The notes below the pieces were generated by a model, which searched no databases, had not been told where the DNA came from, and was given only the letters and a program-made list of their open reading frames with translations. From an uncultured Candidatus Rokubacteria bacterium (lineage in GTDB: Bacteria; Methylomirabilota; Methylomirabilia; Rokubacteriales; CSP1-6), in assembly GCA_963747235.1 (NCBI GenBank), contig CAVVEU010000014.1, forward strand, positions 96,001 to 160,000: a DNA stretch of 64,000 nt. The letters are read 5' to 3'. Both the position numbers and the translations under genes were made by a program. The stretch's first letter is position 1. Each line of letters opens with the position of its first letter. Positions 1 through 10,338 of the stretch are shown one piece after another.

Positions 1-60
1 GACGCCCAGGGTGTGCGAGCTCGGCCGATCGAAGTTGCGGGTGAAGATCAGCTCGGCCAT
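1..60 (-). CDS. nuoF: NADH-quinone oxidoreductase subunit F, N-terminus (runs off window)
   Basis: ATG at 60 overlaps the nuoE stop (ATGA); reads MAELIFTRNFDRPSSHTLGV; position after nuoE. Confidence 0.75.
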   Translation of the reverse strand, partial: MAELIFTRNFDRPSSHTLGV

Positions 61-545
61 CAGGAGAGCCCGTCCAGGATGCGGTCCACCTTCTCCGGCG
101 TGAGCAGCCCCTCGTAGCGCTCGTCCACCTGCATCATCGGCGCCTGCTCGCACGCGCAGAGGCATTCCACCGTGAGCAGGGTGATGCGGCCGTCCGCCGT
201 CGTCTCGCCGACCTCGACGCCCAGGCGCTGCGTGAGGTGCTCGACGATGGACTTGGACCCGAGCAGGTGGCAGGAGAGGTTGTGGCAGACCGAGACCACG
301 TGACGGCCGGTCGGCTGCTGGAAGAAGAGCGTGTAGAAGGTCACGACCTCGTGGACGTGGGCCGGCGACATCTCGAAGAGGCCGGCCACGTACTCCTCGA
401 TTTCCAGGGATATGTATCCGAAGACCTCCTGGGCCTGGCGCAGCACCGGCAGCAGCGCGCCTTGCTTGTCGGGGTACAGGGCCTGCAGCCGGCGGACTTC
501 TTGTAGCTGTTCTGCCGTGAACTCAGGCCGCTTCGCGTCTGGCAT
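60..545 (-). CDS. nuoE: NADH-quinone oxidoreductase subunit E
   Basis: 2Fe-2S motifs CHNLSC and ECLCACEQAPMMQV; operon context. Confidence 0.95.
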   Translation of the reverse strand: MPDAKRPEFTAEQLQEVRRLQALYPDKQGALLPVLRQAQEVFGYISLEIEEYVAGLFEMSPAHVHEVVTFYTLFFQQPTGRHVVSVCHNLSCHLLGSKSIVEHLTQRLGVEVGETTADGRITLLTVECLCACEQAPMMQVDERYEGLLTPEKVDRILDGLS

Positions 546-548
546 GGG

Positions 549-1921
549 CTAGCGGTCGCAGCTCCCCGCCGATCATGTTGACGGAGCCGAAGGTGGGAAT
601 GATGTCGGCGACCATCTCGCCCTCGATCATGCGCGGGATGGCGGCCACCGGGATTCAAGCACGGCGGGCGGCACCGGACGCGGTACGGGCGGTCGGTGCC
701 GTCGGACACCACGTAGAAGCCCAGCTCGCCGTTGGCCCCCTCCGCCGCGAAGTACGCTTCGCCCGGGGGCGGGCGAATGCCGTAGCCCTCCATGACCAGC
801 ATGAAGTGGTTCATCAGCCCCTCGATCGAGCCGTAGGCCTCCGCCTTCGTCGGCAGGGTCACCCGCTTGTCCTGGGTGTTGACGCGATCGTGAGCGCCGC
901 GGTCCTGGCCCTGCAGGTTGGGCGAGAGCTTGATGGGCAGGAGCAGCAGGCCCTCGGTCTTGCCCTGCTTGCCCATGTCCACGTAGGCCGCGGGATCGAT
1001 GGCCTTCCCCTCCCAGTCCACCTGGATGGCGCCGCCCGGCAGGCCGTCCAGGGCCTGCTCCGCGATGCGCATGGACTGCTCCATCTCGGCCATCCGGACC
1101 AGGTAGCGGTCGAAGTTGTCGCCGTTCTTGCCGAGCGCGATGTCGAACGGGATCCGGTCGTACGCCCAGTAGGGCTGCGTCTTGCGCAGGTCGAACGGCA
1201 CGCCCACCGCGCGCAGCAGGGGCCCGGTGATCCCCCACGCGATGGTCTCCTCCCGGCTGAGCGCGCCCACCCCGACCATCCGGTCCATGAAGATCCGGTT
1301 GCCGGTGACGAGGGTGTGCACCTCCTCGAGCACCTGCCGGGTCTCCGCGAACGCCTTCTTGACCTTGAGATCGAAGCCCGCGGGCAGATCCGCCTTCACG
1401 CCGCCCACGCGCCCGTAGGAGATCGTCAGCCGCGCCCCGGTGACGTCCTCCACCAGCTCCCAGAGGAACTCGCGCGCCTTGATCATGTAGAGGAACACGG
1501 TGAAGGCGCCCAGCTCCATGGAGCCCGCGCCCACGCACGTGAGGTGGTCGCAGATCCGCGAGATCTCGCTCATGATCACGCGGATGTACTTGCAGCGCTC
1601 GGTGATCTCGATGCCGAGCAGCTTCTCGATCGCCGAGCTGTAGCCGAAGTTGTTGATCAGGGGCGAGACGTAGTTGAGGCGGTCCGTGTAGGGGATCGCG
1701 TTGTTGTACGAGCCCGCCTCGCAGTCCTTCTCGAACGCGCGGTGGAGGTAGCCGATCTCCACGTCGGTCTTGACCACCGTCTCGCCGTCCAGCTCCGCGA
1801 AGATGCGGATGATCCCGTGCATGGCCGGGTGCGCCGGCCCCATGTTGACGTAGAGGTGCTGGGTGCCGTCGGCGCTCGATCCCTCGCCCAGGAACAGCTC
1901 GCGCGTCTTCCGCTCGGCCAT
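549..1921 (-). CDS. nuoD: NADH-quinone oxidoreductase subunit D (apparent frameshifts near 655 and 560)
   Basis: NMGPAHPAMHG, IGYLHR, YTDRLNY, EGANGELG; the C-terminus ADIIPTFGSVNMIGGE continues in another frame. Confidence 0.92.
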
Positions 1922-1977
1922 CAGAACCCTGACCCCTTTTTCATATCCGCTCGGCTCGCCTTCGGCTTCACCTCGCA

Positions 1978-2475
1978 CTACACCTTCGGGCCAATCAGAG
2001 GCTGGCGGCGGTTGATCGGGTAGTCCTTGCGCAGGGGATGGCCCTCGAACTCCTCGTACATCAGGAGCCGGCGCAGGTCGGGGTGGCCGGCGAAGCGGAT
2101 GCCGAACATGTCCCACACCTCGCGCTCCTGCCAGTTGGCGATGGGCCAGAGGCCGGAGGCGGTGGGAACCACGGGGTCGTCCTGCTCCACCGGGACCTTC
2201 AGCCGGACGCGATGGTTGTGCGCGACGGAATAGAGATGGTAGACGACCTCGAAACGCGGCCCGTCCTCGCGACCCGGGAAGCGGCTGTAGTCCACCGCGG
2301 TCAGGTCCACGAGCATGTCGAAGGCCAGCGCGGTGTCGTCCCGGCAGAAGGTGAGCGCCGGCACGATCCCCTCGCGGCTCAGCACCGCGGTGTGGTCACC
2401 GCGGTAGTCGTGGGTGGCGAGGATGCGATCGCCGCAGCGCTCGCGCAGCCGGGCGAGAATCGCGTGTCCGTCCAT
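1978..2475 (-). CDS. nuoC: NADH-quinone oxidoreductase subunit C
   Basis: EREVWDMFGIRFAGHPDLRRLL, GHPLRKDYP. Confidence 0.95.
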   Translation of the reverse strand: MDGHAILARLRERCGDRILATHDYRGDHTAVLSREGIVPALTFCRDDTALAFDMLVDLTAVDYSRFPGREDGPRFEVVYHLYSVAHNHRVRLKVPVEQDDPVVPTASGLWPIANWQEREVWDMFGIRFAGHPDLRRLLMYEEFEGHPLRKDYPINRRQPLIGPKV

Positions 2476-2496
2476 GTCGGCGTCCCGGGGCCGGGA

Positions 2497-2955
2497 TCAG
2501 TAGCGCTGGGCGCCCGCCGCGATCTTGTCCTGGAGCTTCATCAGGCCGTCGATGACGCTCTCCGGGCGCGGCGGACAGCCGGGGATGTAGACGTCCACGG
2601 GGATGATGGTGTCGATCCCCTGGACCGTCGCGTAGTTGTCGTAGAAGCCGCCGGTGCAGGTGCAGACGCCGAAGGCGACCACCCACTTGGGCTCGCACAT
2701 CTGGTCGTAGATGCGCTTGAGGACCGGCGCCATCTTGTGGCTGATGGTGCCCACCACGAAGAGCACGTCGGCCTGGCGGGGCGAGAAGCGCGGCAGCCCG
2801 GCCCCGAAGCGATCCACGTCATAGTGCGAGCACGCGGTCGCCATGTACTCCATGCCGCAGCACGCGGTGACGAACGGGTACTGGAAGATGGAGTACTTGC
2901 GGGCCCAGCCGATGGCCTCGTCAAGCTTCGAGGTGAAGAACGCGCCTACTCCCAT
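2497..2955 (-). CDS. nuoB: NADH-quinone oxidoreductase subunit B
   Basis: TACCGME, RFSPRQAD, DVYIPGCPPRPE; start MGVGAFF at 2955. Confidence 0.95.
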   Translation of the reverse strand: MGVGAFFTSKLDEAIGWARKYSIFQYPFVTACCGMEYMATACSHYDVDRFGAGLPRFSPRQADVLFVVGTISHKMAPVLKRIYDQMCEPKWVVAFGVCTCTGGFYDNYATVQGIDTIIPVDVYIPGCPPRPESVIDGLMKLQDKIAAGAQRY

Positions 2956-3296
2956 TCGAGCCCTCGCTTCTTCCAGATGTAGAGAAAGCCCAGCATCAGG
3001 ATGCCCAGGAAGACGAGCATCTCCACGAAGCCGAACCAGCCGAGCTGGCGATACATCGCGGCCCACGGCCAGACGAACACGAGCTCGATATCGAAGATGA
3101 TGAAGAAGATCGCGATGGTGGAGAACTTGATCGCGAAGCGGCCCTCCGGCAGCATCACCGGGTCCTTGCCGCACTCGAACGGCTCCTGCTTGACCGGGAG
3201 GATGCGCTTGGGCGCGATCAGCAGCGGGATGCCGAGCAGCGCCCCCGCCACGACCGCCGCCACCGCGAACACCATCAGGATCGGGACGTAGTCCAT
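2946..3296 (-). CDS. nuoA: NADH-quinone oxidoreductase subunit A
   Basis: PFECG, FIIFDIE, WKKRGLEWE; three TM segments. Confidence 0.95.
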   Translation of the reverse strand: MDYVPILMVFAVAAVVAGALLGIPLLIAPKRILPVKQEPFECGKDPVMLPEGRFAIKFSTIAIFFIIFDIELVFVWPWAAMYRQLGWFGFVEMLVFLGILMLGFLYIWKKRGLEWE

Positions 3297-4201
3297 TTAT
3301 TTGCCGAGCGCGTCGGTCTGTGCTTCTTGGCGTGATAGGAGGAGCGGACGAGGGGGCCGGACTCGACGTGGGCGAAGCCCATCTCGCGACCCCGGACCGC
3401 CAGCTCCGCGAACTCGTCGGGGTGGTAGAAGCGCGAGACCGGCAGGTGCTGGGCGGACGGGCGCAGGTACTGGCCGAGCGTGAGGATCTTCACGTCCACC
3501 GCGCGGAGGTCGGCCATGGTCGCCAGCAGCTCGTCCCGCTCCTCGCCCAGGCCCAGGATGATGCCCGACTTGGTCACGAGCCCGGGCGCGGCCGCCCGGG
3601 CGCGGCGGAAGAGCTCGAGCGTGCGCTCGTAGCGGCCCCCGTGACGCGCCACCTTGTAGAGCCGCGGCACCGTCTCGGTGTTGTGATTGAGCACGTCGGG
3701 CGCCGCCTCGATGACCGTCGCGAGCGCGGGCGCGCCGCCCTGGAAGTCCGGGATGAGCAGCTCGACGCGACAGCCGGGGGCGTGGCGGCGAATCGCCCTT
3801 GTGGTCGCCGCGAAGTGCGCGGCCCCGCCGTCCGCCAGGTCGTCCCGGTTCACGGAGGTGATGACCACGTGCTCGAGCCCCAGCTCACCCACCGCCCGGC
3901 CCACGCGCTCCGGCTCCTCGCGATCCTCCCAGACCGGCCGGCCGTGGGTCACCGCGCAGTACCCGCAATTGCGCGTGCACACGTCGCCCAGGATCATGAA
4001 GGTGGCGGTGAGATCCTCCCAGCACTCGCCGATGTTCGGGCAGTGCGCCTCCTCGCAGACCGAATGGAGGTTCCACTCGCGCATCAGGCCCTTGAGCCGG
4101 ATGTACTGTGGTCCGCCCGGCGCGCGCACCTTGAGCCACGGTGGCTTGGGTGAGTCGGCGGGACGCTTGATGTCGAGAAGTGGTAGGGAAACTCCCATCA
4201 C
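3275..4201 (-). CDS. lipA: Lipoyl synthase
   Basis: VCEEAHCPNIGECW, CTRNCGYC radical-SAM motif, PLVRSSYHA. Confidence 0.96.
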   Translation of the reverse strand: MMGVSLPLLDIKRPADSPKPPWLKVRAPGGPQYIRLKGLMREWNLHSVCEEAHCPNIGECWEDLTATFMILGDVCTRNCGYCAVTHGRPVWEDREEPERVGRAVGELGLEHVVITSVNRDDLADGGAAHFAATTRAIRRHAPGCRVELLIPDFQGGAPALATVIEAAPDVLNHNTETVPRLYKVARHGGRYERTLELFRRARAAAPGLVTKSGIILGLGEERDELLATMADLRAVDVKILTLGQYLRPSAQHLPVSRFYHPDEFAELAVRGREMGFAHVESGPLVRSSYHAKKHRPTRSANKWTTSRS

Positions 4202-4300
4202 TATTGTCCTTTGGCCCCTCGGGCGGCGTCATTATGGCACATCTTTCACAAGCCGCCAACCGAGGGGGCCGCGGGATGCCCTGGCCTGCCTCCGGGCGCC

Positions 4301-5442
4301 TCAGCGCCCGGCCGGGATGGCCGAGTGCACGGCGTTGCTGATCACGTCCATCCGCAGGCTGTGCCACGGATCCGGCCACCCGGCTGTTCGTCAGGTAGGC
4401 GAACGACACGCCGGAGTCCGGGTCCGCCCAGCAGTAGGACGACCCCACGCCCCCGTGGCCGAACGTCCGCGGGGAGGCGATGCTGCCGAGCCCGCGGATG
4501 GACTCGGTCGTCCCCCGCACGTGGGGACCGAGGGCGCGGTGCATCGGCATGCCCATGTAGCCGTCCACCCGATCGCCCGTGACGCTACGCGTGACGTACT
4601 GGACCATGCGGGGCGAGAGGAGCCGCCGGCCGTCGAGCGTCCCGCCGGCCGCCAGCATCTGGTAGAACGCGGCCATGGCGCGCGCGGTGGCGTAGCCGCC
4701 CCCGCCCGGGGTCCCGGCGCGGCGGAACTCGGCGTTGTTCTCCTCCGCCCGCTTCACCTGGCCGGTCCCGCGTCGCGGCGGGCTCGTGCATGTCCACGGC
4801 CCGGTCGTGGCGGGCGTCCGGCAGGCCGACGAAGAGCTCGTCGCCGAGCCCGAGCGGCTCGATGACCTGCTCCCGGATGAACGCCCGGTAGTCGGTCTTG
4901 CTGAGCGCCTCGATCAGCACCGCGGCCACCCAGTGCGCGGCCCGGCCGTGATAGTGCACCCGCGAGCCGGGCGTCCACTCGAGCGTGAAGGCCGAGACCG
5001 TCCGGCGCAGCAGCTCGTGATCCTCCCAGGCGGCCTTCGGCACGTCCGCGTTGGGAAAGCCGCCCTGGTGGCTCAGGAGCTGGACGATCGTGATGTCGCC
5101 CTTGCCGTTGGCCTCGAAGCCCGGCACGTGATCGGCCACCCGATCCGTGAAGCGCAGCGCCCCCTGCTCGGCGAGGATCCACACCGCGCACGCGGTGATG
5201 ACCTTGGTGTTGGAGTAGAGCAGCCAGAGCGAGTCCTCGCGCGCGGGCACGCGGGTGGGGTCGAGGCGCGCGTCGCCGAAGCTCCGCGCCAGGGCCAGCT
5301 TGCCCTCGCGCGCGACCGCGATCTGGGCCGCCGGGTACCGCCCTTCCGCCAGGTGCCGCGTGATCAGCTCCTGCAGGCGCTCGAGCGCGCGGACGTCGAA
5401 GCCCAGGGACGAGGGGGTGGCGGAGGACAGGGGAAAGGCCAT
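4301..5442 (-). CDS. Serine hydrolase, beta-lactamase family (two apparent frameshifts near 4765 and 4380)
   Basis: SNTK (SxxK), LLSHQGG, HYH and FGHGG motifs spread over three frames; ends ...NAVHSAIPAGR*. Confidence 0.85.
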
Positions 5443-5452
5443 GGGGGTCTCC

Positions 5453-5926
5453 TTACGAGGGCTGCCTCAGGGAGTTGACCAGATCCACGACGCGCACCAG
5501 CTCGCTGCCGTCCCGCACCATGTGCCGGTCGCCCGCCTGCCCCCAGCGGAGCACGCCGTCGCGATCGATCACGAAGGTGGACCGGTAGGCCACGTTGCGG
5601 TCGGCGTCGAGGACGCCGTAGGCGGAGATGACGGTGCGGTGCACGTCGCTCAGGAGCGGAAACGGGAACGGGTGCGCCTTGAGGAAGGCGGTGTGACAGA
5701 AGGGGCTGTCGCCGCTGATGCCCAGGAGCACCGCGCCGCGCCGGGCCAGCTCGGCCGCGGCCTGACCCAGGCCGGTGAGCTCAGGGGTTCAGATCCCGCC
5801 GAAGTCATAGCAGTAGAAGCCCAGGACGACGTCGCGGCCCCGGTACTCCCGGAGCGAGATGGGGCGGCCCTCGGTGCTGGGCAGCTCGAAGTCCGGCGCG
5901 GCCTGGCCCCACCGGAGCGGCATCAT
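5453..5926 (-). CDS. Selenocysteine-containing peroxiredoxin (AhpC/TSA-like), 157 aa, Sec46
   Basis: One frame reads APDFELPSTEG...VVLGFYCYDFGGI-UGA-TPE...LLGISGDSPFCH; UGA at 5789-5791 falls at the peroxidatic Cys position. Confidence 0.85.
5755..5775 (-). promoter_or_regulatory. Putative bacterial SECIS hairpin
   Basis: GGCCTG-GGT-CAGGCC stem-loop; its G-initiated loop starts 21 nt 3' of the UGA. Confidence 0.7.
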
Positions 5927-6002
5927 GCCCGGGATTCTCGTGGATACCGGCCCCCGGGTCAAGACCACCCCGCGACCGCCGCCTCGGGATTACAATTGGC
6001 GG

Positions 6003-7061
6003 ATGAAGACGCGCGACCTCCGCATCGACCGCATCCAGCCGTTGTTGCCCCCCGCGATCCTCATCGAGGAGCAGCCCCTCTCCGAGAAGGGGTCGCTCAT
6101 GGTCACGCGCGCGCGCGAGGAAGTGTCCGACATCCTGGCCGGCCGGAGCGACCGTGTGCTCGTGGTGGTCGGCCCGTGCTCGGTCCACGATCCGGCCGCC
6201 GCCCAGGAGTACGCGCTCCGCCTCCGCAAGCTGGCCGAGGAGCTGGCGCCGGATCTCTGCGTCGTGATGCGCGTGTACTTCGAGAAGCCGCGCACCACGG
6301 TGGGCTGGAAGGGGCTCATCAACGACCCGCACCTCGACGGCAGCTTCGCCATCAACGTGGGACTGCGGCGGGGCCGCCGGTTCCTGCTCGACCTCGTCGA
6401 GATCGGGCTGCCCGCGGGCTGCGAGTTCCTCGACCCGATCTCCCCCCAGTTCATCACCGACCTCGTGACCTGGGGCGCCATCGGGGCGCGCACGACGGAA
6501 AGTCAGGTGCATCGCGAGCTGGCGTCGGGCCTCTCGATGCCGGTCGGATTCAAGAACGGCACCGACGGCGGGGTGCAGATCGCCATCGACGCGGTGCGGG
6601 CCGCCGCCCATCCCCACAGCTTCCTGGGCGTCACCGAGCAGGGCCTCGCCGGCATCGTCTCCACCCGCGGCAACGTGGACTGCCACGTGATCCTGCGCGG
6701 CGGGCAGAGCGGCCCGAACTACGACGCGGCGAGCGTCGGGAAGGCGCTCGCCGCCCTCCGCGCCGCGGGGGTGCCGCCGCGGCTGATGATCGACACGAGC
6801 CACGGCAACAGCGAGAAGGACTATCGCCGCCAGCCGAAGGTGGCGCAGGAGATCGCGGCCCAGATCGGCCGGGGCGAGCGCGGGATCATCGGCGTGCTGA
6901 TGGAGAGCTTTCTCGTCGAGGGCCGTCAGGATCTCACCGATCCGGCGCGCCTGGTCTACGGCCAGAGCATCACCGACGCCTGCCTGAGCTGGGAGATGAC
7001 GGTGCCGGTCCTGCAGGAGCTCGCGGCGGCGGTACGCGCCCGCCGGGCGACACCTATCTAG
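6003..7061 (+). CDS. aroG: 3-deoxy-7-phosphoheptulonate (DAHP) synthase, class I
   Basis: GPCSVHD, YFEKPRTTVGWKGLINDP, GARTTESQVHRE, YGQSITDAC. Confidence 0.93.
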   Translation: MKTRDLRIDRIQPLLPPAILIEEQPLSEKGSLMVTRAREEVSDILAGRSDRVLVVVGPCSVHDPAAAQEYALRLRKLAEELAPDLCVVMRVYFEKPRTTVGWKGLINDPHLDGSFAINVGLRRGRRFLLDLVEIGLPAGCEFLDPISPQFITDLVTWGAIGARTTESQVHRELASGLSMPVGFKNGTDGGVQIAIDAVRAAAHPHSFLGVTEQGLAGIVSTRGNVDCHVILRGGQSGPNYDAASVGKALAALRAAGVPPRLMIDTSHGNSEKDYRRQPKVAQEIAAQIGRGERGIIGVLMESFLVEGRQDLTDPARLVYGQSITDACLSWEMTVPVLQELAAAVRARRATPI

Positions 7062-7075
7062 TCGCGTCCATCTAA

Positions 7076-7160
<85 letters not shown>

Positions 7161-7174
7161 GCCAGCGAGCAGAA

Positions 7175-7203
7175 AGTATGCCGTCGGGCTATGCCCCTGT
7201 CAA
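7175..7203 (-). promoter_or_regulatory. Sigma-70 promoter of tRNA-Leu
   Basis: TTGACA-17-CATACT. Confidence 0.7.
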
Positions 7204-7213
7204 TGCGCGGCTC

Positions 7214-9560
7214 TTACTGGGGCGGGGCCGACCGCCCCGGAGCCTGGCGAATGGACTGCTCCAACTCGGGGGTCACGCGGCGCATCTGATCGGTGATTCG
7301 CGCGGCGTCGAGGGCGGTGCCCACGGTGCGCGGGGTGATCAGGAGCAACAGCTCGGTCTTCTCGATCTTGTGCTCGACGGACCCGAAGAGGTAACCCAGG
7401 ATCGGGATCCGGCTGAGCCACGGGATGCCGATGCGGATCAGGGTGCGCTTGTTCTGGATGAGACCGCCCAGGACCAGGGTCTGGTTGTTCAGCAGCACGA
7501 CCGAGGTCTCGGCCTCACGCTTCGTGAACCGCGGGCGAGTTGATCGGCGGCGGCTCGTTCTCGCCGACCTCGTTGACCTCTTGCTTGACGTCGAGGGCCA
7601 CCGTCCCCTGCTCGCCGATCCGCGGGGTCACGGTCAGGATGATGCCGGCGTCGCGGTACTCCACGGTCTGGGTGATCGCGTTGCCGGTGATGCCGCCGGT
7701 GGCCACCGGCACCTGCTGCGAGGTGACGATGGGCACCGAGGTGGACACGTTGATCACGGCCTTGCGGTTCTCGGTGGTCATGATGGACGGGTTCGACAGC
7801 ACGTTGACCCGGTTCTCGCTGGCCAGCGCGTTGAGCGCGGCCAGGAACTTGTCCGCCGCGAAGGCGAAGACGTTGAACCCGACCGGGACCGCGCCGCCCA
7901 GGGGGATGATCGACTGGGCCGGGCGGCCGGGGAGCAGGCCCGACGGCGACGAGCTCACGTCGAAGCGGCCCGATCGGACGGCCCACTCGACGCCCAGCTT
8001 GGTATCGTCGGTCAGCGTGACCTCCGCGGCCAGTACCTCGATGAGGACCTGCCGGGGCATCTTGTCGAGCTTCCGGATCGTGTCCTCGATCTCCCGCCAC
8101 AGACGCGGGTACGTGGTCACGATGATGGCGTTCGTCACCTCGTCGGCGACGAACCGGATCTCCACCGTGGGGGGCGTTCCCTCTCCCGAGACCCCGGGAA
8201 AGCCGATCACGGGCGGACGAGGCGCCGTGGCCGCGATGGGCGCCGGCCCGAGCGCGGGCGGCAGCGCCGCTGGGCCGCCGGGATCGGTCCGCCCGTAGGA
8301 GCCGGAGATGCTGCTGGAGGTCCGCAACGACTGCTGGGTGCCGGTGATCGCCGGACCCCGGTCGCCCCGGCCGTAGATGGCGTCGAGCGTCGTCGCCAGG
8401 TCTCTCGCCTTCGTGTTCTCGGCGAAGTGGATGAACACGCGCTGGCCACCGTAGATGTCCACGTCCAGCTTCTCGATCAGGCGGCGGATCGTCTCCATGT
8501 CCTGCTTCCGCGCGTGGACGACGAGCGAGTTCGAGCGGCGCTCGGGGACGATCAGCGGCCGATCACCGCTCGGCACACCGGCGGCACCCGGGACGGCAGG
8601 AGCCGGTACACCGGTCGGCGGCGGGGCTGGCGGTAGGGCGGGCAGGCCCGGGGCGCCGGCGACCGTCGGCCCCACACCGAGACGGCCACTGCCGAAGAGC
8701 TGCGCGAGCAGCTGGGCCAGCTCCTGCGCATCGGCGTGCTTGAGGGAGATGATCTGGAGCTCGTTGAGCGCCAGCTCCACGTCCACCAGCGTCAGCATGC
8801 CGAGGAGCCGGCGGATGTTGGCGGCGGTGTCGGTCATGATCAGCAGGTTCGTCTCGCGGTGCGCCGTGATGGCCCCCTGGGCCGGGACGAACGGGCGCAG
8901 GAGCGTGACGGCGTCCTGGGCATTGATGTACTGCAGCGGCACGATCTGCGTCACCATCTCGTCGGGCGGCAGGGCGTCCGCGACTTCGCGGCCCACTACG
9001 GTCTTCACCGGCGTCTGGGGTGCGCCTTCCCGCGGGATGATGCGGTAGAGGTTGCCCGAGCGCACCGCGGCCAGCCCGTTGACATCGAGGATCGTCAGCA
9101 GCACCGCGAAGACCTCGTCGCTCGAGATCTTGCCGATGGTCTGGACGGTCACCTTCCGCCCGCGGGCGCCCGGAGCGAGCACGTAGTTGAAGCCGACAAT
9201 CTCGGCGGCGGCCTGCACGACCACCTCGACATCGGCATTGTCGAAGTTGAGCACGAGCTGGCGGGCGGCGGGCTGCCCCGCCGCCGGCGGGGCCGTCTCG
9301 ATCGGCGCGGCGGGTGGAGGTCCGGGCGGCGGCGTGATCGCTTCGGGCTTCGCGGCCGGGCCGACCGATGGGGGTTCGGCCGTCTCGCTGGGGAGCTCGG
9401 CCCGCACGGCGCGCGGCACGGCAACCGGCTCGCTGGAGACCTCGACGCGAGGGCGAACAGGATCGCGGCCGGCCGTCGCGCTCACGGGCGGGGGCGCGGT
9501 GGAGACACAGCCCGGCAGGATGACGCTGACGAGCAGCCAGGACGCGATCGCCGCCCTCAT
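7214..9560 (-). CDS. gspD: Type II secretion secretin GspD (frameshift near 7530), lipoprotein-type signal
   Basis: LNFDNADV N0 domain, RQVLIEVLAAEV, VLSNPSIMTTENRKA; IPWLSRIPILGYLF...KTELLLLITP in the second frame; lipobox-like LPGC. Confidence 0.9.
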
Positions 9561-9642
9561 CGCGTATTGGTTTCCGGCACCGAGGACAGCTGCACGCGAG
9601 GAGCCGGCACGCCCGGAGCGGGCGCGGCGGCGGGCGGGCCAT

Positions 9643-9963
9643 TCACGGTCGGTGCCGACCTGCGAGCCGGCGCGCCCGCCCTTCTGGGCGGGCGATGACA
9701 ACACGATCCGCACTGATGGACTGCAGGCGGCCACCCGAGACGGTATCGCCGATGGCGTAGCCGAAGGGGCGTTTGGCCACCGGATCCTCCGGGTAGGCGC
9801 GGCTCGTCCGGCCATCCATCGCGATGCCGGGCAGGAGCGGCTTGGGCCCCTTGCTCACCGTCCCCCCGACCGGAGCCTCGGAGCGGCTGGGGCTGAAGAG
9901 GTTCTTGGCCGTGATGACACCATATGTTGCCGCCCCGGCGGCCACGGGATCCGGGGCGGGCAC
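9643..9963 (-). pseudogene. Degenerate GspC-like fragment
   Basis: ITAKNLFSPSR...GYAIGDTVSGGRLQSISADRVVIARPEG resembles a GspC HR domain; no N-terminal TM anchor; lies directly upstream of gspD. Confidence 0.5.
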
Positions 9964-10338
9964 CGGGCCAGCTCGGCCGCCAGGCCCTCGACGACCTTCA
10001 CGTCCGGGTCGAGTCGGGCCCAGGACCGCTCCTGCCTCGGGAGGAAGCTCAGGACGGGACTCCGGGGCGTCTTCGGGACAAGAGACCGGCGCACGCAGGA
10101 TCTCCGCCAGTCCGGAGACCCAGGCCTCCGCGTCGTCGCCGGAGAGCCAGACGGCATCGTAGCGTCTTCCAGCGGACCAGCGGCATCATGATTCCGGGAG
10201 AAGTCGTGACCTCGGGGGCACTTAGAGAGCAGTGGGCGTCCTTACTGGCCTTCGTGGTTCCGATCTAGCCGCCACCCGGCCGGCATCACCGCCCGCCGTC
10301 CCCATCGACGTACCCAGGCCTCCGGGCAATCCGGGCGC

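Noticed and set aside
5789-5791. Nonsense mutation making the peroxiredoxin a pseudogene
   Set aside because: The stop is TGA exactly at the catalytic Cys column and is followed by a SECIS-like hairpin.
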